From: Octopus sinensis
Taxonomy: Eukaryota
DNA: 64,000 bases
Direction of reading: 5' to 3'
Assembly: GCF_006345805.1 (NCBI RefSeq)
Contig: NC_043023.1
Location: 13,702,001 to 13,766,000 of the forward strand
Each line of letters opens with the position of its first letter. The first letter of the stretch is position 1. Below, piece after piece: positions 31,501 through 43,500 of the stretch. Made by a program: the position numbers and the translations under genes. Under the pieces are notes generated by a model. That model was not told the DNA's origin, searched no databases, and saw only the letters and a list, made by a program, of their open reading frames with translations.

Positions 31501-34500
31501 CAGTGTGCTGTTATAGTCGTGCACCAACCAAAGCCTTTCAGGTGGATTTGGTAGAGGGGAAACTGAAAGAAGCCCATTATATGTGTGTGTATGTATGTAT
31601 ATTGAATATGTCTGTCCCCCACTACTGCTTGACAACCGGTGTTGGGGTGTTTACATTCCCATGAATTAAGAGGGTTCAGCAAAGAGACCGACAGAATAAG
31701 GTACCAGGCTTAAGGAAAAAAATAAGCGCTGGGATTGACATTGGTTCGACTAAAACCTTACAGCAGCCCCGATAGAGGATTCAACACGGCACTCAATTTT
31801 AAACACGTAAGCATACCCGATGAGTTATAGTCGAAAGTGCGTTGAGATCTCTTACTCCCACCGAAACGGCCACCGTGTTGTTCATAGGGTCGGTTGCGAG
31901 TTGTATATTCATCACCCGAGTATCTGGAGGCTGAGGCTGAGGGCGAGGAGGTGGAGACCTCCAGCACTGAGTTCAAATCATAGTTACCGTAATTCATGCT
32001 GTCGTTGCCGAACCCTCGGCCACCGCCGCCGCCGCCACCACCACCTCCGCCTGACTGAAATCCACCGTAGTTACCTCCCTGGTCCATCCCTTGTCCCCAT
32101 GACTGGTTGCCGTACTGGCCGTCGCCTTGGCCGCCCATCTGGTTGGGACTCAGCAGCTGTTGCCTGCAACGAGAATGGGGGAAAATGGAAAAGGCATTAG
32201 GTTAGTGCTTGTCATGTAACGATCAAAAAGAGCAAGGATCACAAAGCATAAAAAGGAAGGACAAAACAGACAATGTATCCAGCTACGGCATGTGTAACAA
32301 TGCCGTGCCTAAACACAAAAGCAGTGATTACTTTAGTACAACATGGTGGGTGACAAGGCCATGTAATGATTCTAATCACAAGGAAAGAAAAATGGGGGAG
32401 ATGAGCAAAACAGACAAGGCATATGATTATGGCCATGTAACGAGCTTAGACACAAAATTAGTGATTATAATAAGGGTGGGAGAACAGACAAGGTATTAAC
32501 CCTTTAGTGTTCATATTCTGCCAAAATTATTGCTTTTTCATCCACATTGTTTTGAACTAATCAGGCATTATCTTGGAGCTATGAGATTTTGATGAGGTAG
32601 CTGTTAATTTTTTAAGATGATATTGTAGGATTGGTGTGAGAGACCAGATATGGCCGGTTTAAATGCTAAAGGGTTAAGTTACGGTGATGTAATGAGTTTA
32701 AACACAAGAGGAAAGATGATAAAAGAAAAAAAGGCATCCTAGTATGGTAGTATGTAACAGTCTAAACACCGAGAAAAAACAAATAGATGGTACAAGGTAT
32801 CAAGTCATGGCGTAAGCATTTTGACACCAAGACTGCCCCTGCCATCCAAATCAAAATTACAAGTTAAATTTTTTTTTTCAAAAATTACTAGCCTAGTAAT
32901 GACCAATATATTTTAGTAAATTATTATTTTCAGAAGTAATTGAAATAAAGGTGTCGTTCAACAGAAATATGCCAACGAACAGATTAAACAACAGTAAGGA
33001 TTATGAAAGAGAAAAAAATAGAAATGACAAAAATACTAACCCAAGCAAACTGGTCAGTCCTTTAAGTAATTCACTGGTCTGTGAGAGAGCAGCAGTGACA
33101 TTCTGACCGCCTTGGTTCCTGGAGGGAAACAAAGAAACACAAAGATTAATTATGTTATGTGACATGTAACAGAACAGGGGAGAGAGAAGTAGGAGTAGCA
33201 ACGAGATGAACTACACAGGGGCAGAGTCATCAAAGACTTTTGCCTTTGGCCAGCTTAACCCTTACCCTCCCGCCGACTACTATTACACCCTAGCCCCGCA
33301 TATATATATATATATAAATCTATATAATAACAAAAGCTCAATAGGGTCTTTTCGTCCCTTTAAATAATGCTTTTTCACTATAAAAATTAATTTCTAATAA
33401 ATAAAATAGAGACAGTCAAACTCTCGTCAAACCATTCATTCTAGCCCCAATTTATAGGGCAAATTATTATGCTACCTTAGTACAGTTATAATACCGCAGC
33501 TGTTAAATATTAATCACCCTTACTGACTTTTGAATGAGATCTTATAGAAGCTGATGCTTGTAACAACACCTGTTTGGAGACAAATTGCTGTTGTTGAGAG
33601 AGGGGTGTATGCCAAAGATATATAGGTAGTGACTAACAAGTCTTGATTACAAACACCAAAATTCTTAAGTACAAGTCTATCAACACAATACAGACTTCAA
33701 AAGTGACTGTTTTCTGGCTGAGTATGCTTCTCTATGTCAATAGACATGAAACGGGCTGTAACATTTTTCCCCTGGGAGTTTGTGTCTCCTCATGTTGAAA
33801 GACATACACAAACACAGACTTTAAAAAATGACTTGCACTTCTCACAATTTACGAAGCTGTATGCATGATTAACAAATATTCTCATCAGCAGCTTAGCAAT
33901 GGTTAATGACCCAGTTTGGTATAAGGCGGATTACTAATAATCCAGGAAATACCAAAACTCGACTAACATGCCACCTTGTCCATGTGACAAATACACGCAG
34001 ACATCTTTCGTACAGTAAGTGTTAATGAAAAATGTATAATTAACCATTAACGAAAAGCAAAAACAGAAAATTCACACACAAACACTTAATTTAATAGCCC
34101 ATTCTTCCATGCTTGCCAAAGTCAGACCATTCAGGTAGACTATTTTCATGGTTGAATGAATCTCATGACACCAACCCCCAACTGTTTGTGAGCACACACA
34201 CACACACACAAATGAGCAAAGACAACTCACCACTGGCCACCACCATCCATGAGCTGACGCCTACCACCGTCCATTCTTCCTTTCTGCATAAACTGCAAAG
34301 GCTGTAAAAAAAGAAATGCAAAGATACCCTTTAAAAGATGCCACTTCACTACTTGTCCAACAAGACAAACACCAAGATATACACATACATCCAACACCAC
34401 CAGGTACTACAACTACTACTAATATTATATAATTGTTCAACATTTAGCAGTTTGAAGTAAATCTCTACTGCATCAATTGCTACACCTCCATGTTGCTGGG

Positions 34501-37500
34501 GTGTGTACAAACTCTTCCTGGTTTTGGATCACGTTCTATTTCTTTTTTCTTGCTCTTGAGGTGTGATGCAATCGTTTGTTGTGTGGAATGCATTGGTTAT
34601 CTGGATTGTCTGTGGAAGTTTATTTCACTGGGTAACTGCTGTAGTATTGTTACCCGAGTTTGTTTTGTTTAGCTTGTATTATTGAATTGATAGTGTCTTA
34701 ACCCTTTCATTACCAACCCGGCTCTGGGTACAAACGTCTTGTTTTCATAAGTTCTGAATTAAAATCTACTAAACTGTAAGTCACAATTTATGTTCCTAAC
34801 ACTAGCTTAATGATAACTAAGTTATTTTACTAAATTCTTTGTTATATTTAGAATTAATTGAAAGAAACACAGAGCATCTCAACAGAAATATGGTAACAAA
34901 AGGGTTTAAATATATAATAGAGAAACAATTCTTAACCCTTTTGATACAAACCCTGCCAAACCACCTCTGGCTCTGTAGTACAAATGTCTTGTTTTCATAA
35001 GTTTTGAATTAAAATCTTCCACCAAACCTTAGTCCACAATTTATTTCCTAACACTAGCTTAATGATAATTAAGTTATTTTACTAAATTCTTTGTTATATT
35101 TAAAATTAATTGAAAGAAAACAGAGCATCTCAACAGAAATATGGTAAGAAAGGGTTAAAATATATAATAGAGAAACAATTCTTAACCTTTTGATACGAAA
35201 CCAGCTGAAAACACCTCTGGCTCTGTAGTACAAATGTCTTGTTTTCATAAGTTTTGAATTAAAATCTTCCACCAAACCTTAGTCACAATTTATGTTCCTA
35301 ACACTAGCTTAATGATAATTAAGTTATTTTACTAAATTCTTTGTTATATTTAAAATTAATTGAAAGAAACACAGAGCATCTCAACAGAAATATGGTAACA
35401 AAAGGGTTAAAATATATAATAGAGAAACAATTCTTAACCCTTTTGATACGAACCCAGCTGAAACCACCTCTGGCTCTGTAGTACAAATGCCTTGTTTTCA
35501 TAAGTTTTGAATTAAAATCTTCACCAAACCTTAGTCACAATTATGTTCCTAACACTAGCTTAATGATGACTAAGTTATTTTACTAAATTCTTTGTTATAT
35601 TTAGAATTAATTGAAAGAAACACCAGAGCATCTCAACAGAAATATGTAACAAAAGGGTAAAATATATAATAGAGAAACAATTCTTAACCCTTTTGATACG
35701 AACCTGGCTGCTGAAACCACCTCTGGCTCTGTAGTAAAAGTCTTGTTTTCATAAGTTTTGAATTAAAATCTTCCACCAAACTTAGTCACAATTTATGTTC
35801 CTAACACTAGCTTAATGATGACTAAGTTATTTTACTAAATTTTTGTTATATTTAGAATTAATTGAAAGAAACACAGAGCATCTCAACAGAAATATGGTAA
35901 CAAAAGGGTTAAATATATAATAGGAAACAATTCTTAACCCTTTTGATACGAACCTGGCTGAAACCACCTCTGGCTCTCTAGTACAAATGTCTTGTTTTCA
36001 TAAGTTTTGAATTAAAATCTTCCACCAAACCTTAGTCACAATTTATGTTCCTAACACTAGCTTAATGATGACTAAGTTATTTTACTAAATTCTTTGTTAT
36101 ATTTAGAATTAATTGAAAGAAACACAGAGCATCTCAACAGAAATATGGTAACAAAAGGGTTAAAATATATAATAGAGAAACAATTCTTAACCCTTTTGAT
36201 ACGAACCTGGCTGAAACCACCTCTGGCTCTGTAGTACAAATGTCTTGTTTTCATAAGTTCTGAATTAAAATCTTCCACCAAACCTTAGTCACAATTTATG
36301 TTCCTAACACCAGCTGAATGATAACTAAGTTATTGAACTAAATTCTTTGTTATATTTAAAATTAATTGAAAGAAACACAGAGCATCTCAACAGAAATATG
36401 GTAACAAAAGGGTTAAAATATATAATAGAGAAACAATTCTTAACCCTTTTGATACGAACCTGGCTGAAACCACCTCTGGCTCTGTAGTACAAATGTCTTG
36501 TTTTCATAAGTTTTGAATTAAAATCTTCCACCAAACCTTAGTCACAATTTATGTTCCTAACACTAGCTTAATGATGACTAAGTTATTTTACTAAATTCTT
36601 GTTATATTTAGAATTAATTGGAAAGAAACACAGGCATCTCAACAGAAATATGGTAACAAAAGGGTTAAAATATATAATAGAGAAACAATTCTTAACCCTT
36701 TTGATACGAACCTGGCTGAAACCACCTCTGGTCTGTAGTACAAATGTCTTGTTTTCATAAGTTTTGAATTAAAATCTTCCACCAAACCTTAGTCACAATT
36801 TATGTTCCTAACACTAGCTTAATGATGACTAAGTATTTTACTAAATTCTTTGTTATATTTAGAATTAATTGAAAGAAACACAGAGCATCTCAACAGAAAT
36901 ATGGTAACAAAAGGGTTAAAATATATAATAGAGAAACAATTCTAACCCTTTTGATACGAACCTGGCTGAAACCACCTCTGGCTCTCTAGTACAAATGTCT
37001 TGTTTTCATAAGTTTTGAATTAAAATCTTCCACCAAACCTTAGTCACAATTTATGTTCCTAACACTAGCTTAATGATGACTAAGTTATTTTACTAAATTC
37101 TTGTTATATTTAGAATTAATTGAAAGAAACACAGAGCATCTCAACAGAAATATGGTAACAAAAGGGTTAAAATATAATAGAGAAACAATTCTTAACCCTT
37201 TTGATACGACCTGGCTGAAACCACCTCTGGCTCTGTAGTACAAATGTCTTGTTTTCATAAGTTCTGAATTAAAATCTTCCACCAAACCTTAGTCACAATT
37301 TATGTTCTAACACCAGCTGAATGATAACTAAGTTATGAACTAAATTCTTTGTTATATTTAAAATTAATTGAAAGAAACACAAGAGCATCTCAACAGAAAT
37401 ATGGTAACAAAAGGGTTAAATATATAATAGAGAAACAATTCTTAACCCTTTTGATACGAACCTGGCTGAAACCACCTCTGGCTCTGTAGTAGTAAAATGT

Positions 37501-40500
37501 CTTGTTTTCATAAGTTCTGAATTAAAATCTTCCACCAAACCTTAGTCACAATTTATGTTCCTACACCAGCTGAATGATAACTAAGTTATTGAACTAAAGT
37601 CTTTGTTATATTTAAATTAATTGAAGAAAAACAGAGCATCTCAACAGAAATAGGTAACAAAAGGGTTTAAATATATAATAGAGAAACAATTCTTACCCTT
37701 TTGATACGAACCTGGCTGAAACCACCTCTGGCTCTGAGTACAATGTCTTGTTTTCATAAGTTTTGAATTAAAATCTTCCACCAAACCTTAGTCACAATTT
37801 ATGTTCCTAACACTAGCTTAATGGTAACTAAGTTATTTTACTAAACTAATTCTTTTTATGTTTAAAATTAATTGAAAAAAACACAGAGCATCTCAACAGA
37901 AATATGGTAACAAAAGGGTTAAAATATATAATAGAGAAACAATTCTTAACCCTTTTGATACGAACCCAGCTGAAACCGGCTCTGACTCTGAGTACAAATG
38001 TCTTGTTTTCATAAGTTTTGAATTAAAATCTTCCACCAAACCTTAGTCACAATTTATGTTCCTAACACTAGCTTAATGGTAACTAAGTTATTTTACTAAA
38101 TTCTTTGTTATGTTTAAAATTAATTGAAAGAAACACAGAGCATCTCAACAGAAATATGGTAACAAAAGGGTTAAAATATATAATAGAGAAACAATTCTTA
38201 ACCCTTTTGATACGAACCCAGCTGAAACCGGCTCTGACTCTGAGTACAAATGTCTTGTTTTCATAAGTTTTGAATTAAAATCTTCCACCAAACCTTAGTC
38301 ACAATTTATGTTCCTAACACTAGCTTAATGATAACTAAGTTATTGAACTAAATTCTTTGTTATATTTAAAATTAATTGAAAGAAACACAGAGCATCTCAA
38401 CAGAAATATGCTAACAAAAGGGTTAAAATATATAATAGAGAAACAATTCTTAACCCTTTTGATACTAACCCGGCTGAAACCGGCTCTGGCTCTGTGGTAA
38501 AATGTCTTGATTTCATAAGTTTTGAATTAAAATCTTCCACCAAACCTTAGTCACAATTTATGTTCCTAACACTAGCTCAATGATAACTAAGTTATTTTAC
38601 TAAATTCTTTGTTATATTTAAAATTAATTGAAAGAAACACAGAGCATCTCAACAGAAATATGCTAACAAAAGGGTTAAAATATATAATAGAGAAACAATT
38701 CTTAACCCTTTTGATACGAACCTGGCTGAAACCACCTCTGGCTCTGTAGTACAAATGTCTTGTTTTCATAAGTTCTGAATTAAAATCTACTAAACTGTAA
38801 GTCACAATTTATGTTCCTAACTCTAGCTTAATGATAACTAAGTTATTTTACTAAATTCTTTGTTATATTTAAAGTAATTGAAAGAAACACAGAGCATCTC
38901 AACAGAATATGGTAACAAAAGGGTTAAAATATATAATAGAGTCCCTACTTACTTTCCTGCCTTGTTGTCGTCTCTCAGGAGACCATCTCTGTTTGCGCTG
39001 TTGCATCTGCTGCATCTGTTGTGGTCTCTTGCCTGGTTAATAAAAAAAACGAAAAAAAGAAATTCAGACTCCTCCTGCTAGTAGCATTACGAAGAAAAGG
39101 ACCCTTCAAACGAGTTTAACAACTTGCTTTAATAAACTCCCCATTTCTTTATAAAGTCATTGAAACAAAGACAGTTGTATTCAATGGAAAAAGACGCCAG
39201 TCGACACTGCAGGGTGGTTGGTGTTAGGAAGGGCATCCAGCCATAAAAACCATACCAAAACAGACAGTAGCTTGGTGTCGTCTTCTACCTGGCTGGCTCC
39301 TGTCAAACAGGTCAACCCATGCCAGCATAGAAAGCAGATGTTAAACGACAACGAATATGATGGCTGAGAAGTTTCCATGACGTGATTGCAAATTTTTAGA
39401 ATGATATTGTTCGCTAGCGTCAGAGGACCAATCAGGTCAGTTTGAATATCAAAATATCTTACCCGGATATGGCAGATTTAAATGGTAAGGAGTTCAGTGA
39501 AAAAAAAAAACCGAAAAAAAACTTCCCACCACAATTTTATAGGAACCCACCAAACCAGTCGAGGAATGGGCTTGTAAATATTTAACCCATTCAGATCCTG
39601 TTGAATGCATTTATTCATATTGTTTTTAACCAAGCATTGTCCTGCACCTTCAAGACCTAGGAGATGTGAGTTTTATTTTTAAAATAACAGAGGTTAAGGG
39701 TAACAAGGCTAGATCCAATACAAACAGAATATTTGGGTCTGATGTGAATGGTCTGAATGCTAAAGGGCTAAAAACTACAGGAGAAATTTAAATGAATCTC
39801 TCAAAATGGGCAAAAATCAAAAGCCTGTTTTCTCAGGGGTTAATATTTAATACATATTCCCACTTTTAAATAACTACAAAAACCTTCAGCTGTTGCTGCC
39901 CACCAGATCCAGCCACAAAGCCCTAGTTGGGTCACAGGCTATAGAAGGTGCCAGGTAGTGGGACCGGAAAATAAACCTAACCGCACAGCAATGCCTGGGC
40001 CCTATTACGGTCAATTCTACAACACCAACAAACACTCAGCCTATCATCTCAATTCCATTCAAAACGCCAAAAACAAACAGGTGTAAAATAAGTAATTTGT
40101 TCTCACCTTTTTTATTCATCTGGTGGTTACGACGATTCTGACTGTTTGAAAAGCGTCCCTTTTTATTTTGTTGATTGTTCTGATGCTTCTTCGATTTTTT
40201 ATCATCTAAACGGAAGAGAAAACAAAAAACAAAACGGCTGCCTTGGATTTTCTGAAAAACACCCCCGAAACCCTGCCTGCAGACTCCGCACCAAACCCCC
40301 GCTTGGCGGACAAGTCTCTGATGCGTCAACGGCATCCCAAATGACCCAATGAGAACCCTGCTCCCCTAGCCTTAACGCAAGCAGCTACAAACACACTCCC
40401 TGGCCCGCCAACAATGCTGAACACAAGCACGTAGGGTTCAACAGTCCTAGGTAGACATACCGATACTGAGAGTAAGACAGTCACAGAAGACGAGGTAGAC

Positions 40501-43500
40501 CTGAGGTTAAACAACCAGTTCCACTTCCCAAACAGGGCAGCACAAACAAGATGTGATACCCCACCCCACCACACAAAAAAAGGGTCAAAGGATCAACTCT
40601 AGCATTAAGATTGCCCTGGCAAATGTAATGTGTATTTATTCCATTGCTTTGAATAAATCATGCATTATCTCATAGCTTCAAGATTATGAAAGTTATTTTT
40701 AGAACGCCATTATCAGACGGGTACGAGGGGTATGATCTGGTTGGTAAAAATGCTAAAGAGCTAAAAGGGACATGCATCTGGAGTGTCTTCAGTGGAGCAG
40801 CCCACAAGCAGAACTCCCAGTCCTCCCTGCCCCTAAACAGGACAGTGAAGGACATGTGCACAACACGCTTATCACAATTTCAAGGCTATTGTATGAAACT
40901 GGATTGTTGGCCAAGTAAAGTAACTAACCAGAAGTGATACCTAGGCCCCCATGCTTGGTGAGATCGAAGCAAGGTCAGTCAAGCACCTGAGGTAAAACCG
41001 CAAAACTCTGAACCTGTGTTGCAAGCGGGTTAGGTGGCGGTGTCCCTAATGCCCTCACACACAGACACACCCCGCCCTTCGCACCTAATGCTATAGTGCC
41101 AAACTACACGGTCGCATGGCCTGCTGCAGGTTAGTAATTAGAAGCACACCACCTTCTAATGTACGCTTGCCACGAGGGAGGGGGCAGAAAGGAAGCAAGG
41201 GCCAGATGGGGGTCGAAGTCCAATGCTAATCATGGCGCGAAGCATGATGAGCGCGTCAGAACATTATCTTCCAGCAATCCCTCACGGGGGATAGCTCTAT
41301 TCATTCATTAACAAAACGGCCCAAAGAACAAAAACAAACGTTTCCACAACAAGACTTACCATCATCCTTAGAAGTGTGAGAAATCAGGTCACATGTCAAG
41401 ACATTTTCCTTAAGCTTCAGCTCCTTGCTCTCGGCAAGCATGGTCTCAGCCTCCTGGAGAGAATGGCACTCCACAAGGGCGTATCTGTAGAAAAGACACA
41501 GGGTGGGGACGATGTTGAGACTAAGAGACACAGCTAACAGGGCAATAGTCGGACAGCAAGCCACGCTATTATTTATATATATATAATAAAAAAAAAAGAC
41601 AAAAAAACATCACCTAAGACATAGATAACCACCGATTACACCCCCCTCCTTCACACCGCCACCACCAAGGTTTGGGAAATTCTAGACTGAAATGCTTCGT
41701 CACCAAGCATCAGAATTTATACGTTAAGATAAGCTGTCAATTCGTCAATAGAATCAATGGAAACCAGCTTGATTAATTAATTATTGATATATATATTTCT
41801 ATGTATATGGACAAATTTATAGATATAATAGAAATATGGGATACAGAGGGGGGAGTGAAATAAGTGGTTACAATGTTGAAAAAACTACAAGCTACAAATT
41901 TTTTTTTTCTTCATTTTTTTTTTTTTAAATTAGGTTACTATTTGTTATACTGAAATATTTTCAGTTAATTTTGCTATAGTTACCGTTTTTAACATTCCAA
42001 AAAATGACCAAATTAAAAGAAAAAAAAACTTAAAATTCACAAAAGATGCCTCTGATGATGATGATAATAATACAACAGCTTAATTATTTATTATTATCTT
42101 ACCAGGTAATTAACACTATTTTACTAGTCTTAATTATTTACACTAGGTCATATTAACTATGCCAAAATGCTGCATGTTCTACAGAAAGCAGAGAGGATAA
42201 ATTAAACTTTACCAGATGTCTATTGTTAATCAGAAGTTAATTAACGAGCTAACAAATTAACAGAAAGATTCCTTAATATCAGGTAAAGAAAAATAAGAAT
42301 AAAAAATTTTTAAAAAAAAGGTGCAGTTATTTTAGAAATCTAAGCTGCTGTCTGTTCTACAAGGTGTGCACTATTGTAAATACAATAAGAAAAAAAAAAA
42401 ACCAGGAAGTTTGAGTAAACTATTACATAAGTGACAACTACAATGGTTGGTATTATTATTACTAATATTACTACTAGTATGACTATTGCTATTATAGAAG
42501 CTGGTTAAACCCTGTCAGCTGCAGGAATGCCACACCCAGCTGAGTGACAGCAAACAGCAGTCTCACAAGTGTATAATAGTGATGATACAAAAAAAATAAT
42601 GCTTAATACTTCCTAGATAGATAGATAGATAGATAGATAGATATATATGTATGCCTACAGTAAACCATAATAGAAGCATTTGAGTATGTACTAACTGCGC
42701 GTCACAGAGACGATGCAGATGAACAACAATATGTATAGACATATTTATTTTATATATATTTATATAGAGAGAGAGATAGATAGGATAAGAGGGGTTGGTT
42801 TGGTGATGCAGTTATTGGGGGACTGCATCAGCCACCACCAGCACCATCAAACAAATTTATTAAAAATGTATAAATATGCGCAAGTTTGAGAAATTACCCC
42901 TGATTCTGGTCTTCCTCATTAAGTGGGATCACCACATTCCGGGCTTGCGGGAACAACGCCTGCACCTCCTTCACTGTAACTCCTTGGGGAATGTTGTTGA
43001 CATAGAGGGAATAGTCTTTCTTGTTCCCTGAAATTGTCAGGTGCTCACGTATTGGGGACAGATCGTCATCAACAATTTTAATGATGATGCAATTAATACA
43101 TTAATTTTTAATTATCATTTTTTTTTTTGCGTGTGTGCGTGTGCGAACAGGAGTATATTGAAGCTCAGGGCTACATCAACACCTGTCGACAGACACTCAA
43201 CAAACGAAATGCTAACAAATTTATTAAACTGTTCAAAACAACAGTGTCGGCATCAGCCACAAACTTTCTAATTCCTGTCAAGAGACAGAAGGAATTCAAT
43301 GAAATTATTTTACTTTTTTTTTTTAAATTAGATTTAAAAAAAAAAAAATTTAAAATTATATATATTTAATGTATTTAATTCATTATCCACACAGAGATAC
43401 CAGAGGAAAAAAACACCCTCCCCCCGGTATCAATCAGCAAAAATTGGAATAGGCAGGCAAGGACAAGATAGACTTCCCGTACTTGGAATCTCGAGCCTTT

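Noticed and set aside
34440-34690. Possible extra exon or TE coding fragment on the minus strand
   Set aside because: Every frame from the candidate acceptors hits a stop or lacks a phase-compatible donor; not needed for the gene model.
34698-38941. CRISPR-like repeat-spacer appearance and repeated MVEDFNSELMKTRH ORFs
   Set aside because: The spacers are identical rather than unique, the repeats are ~225-bp MITEs, the context is a eukaryotic intron with no cas genes, and the ORFs are chance frames of the unit.
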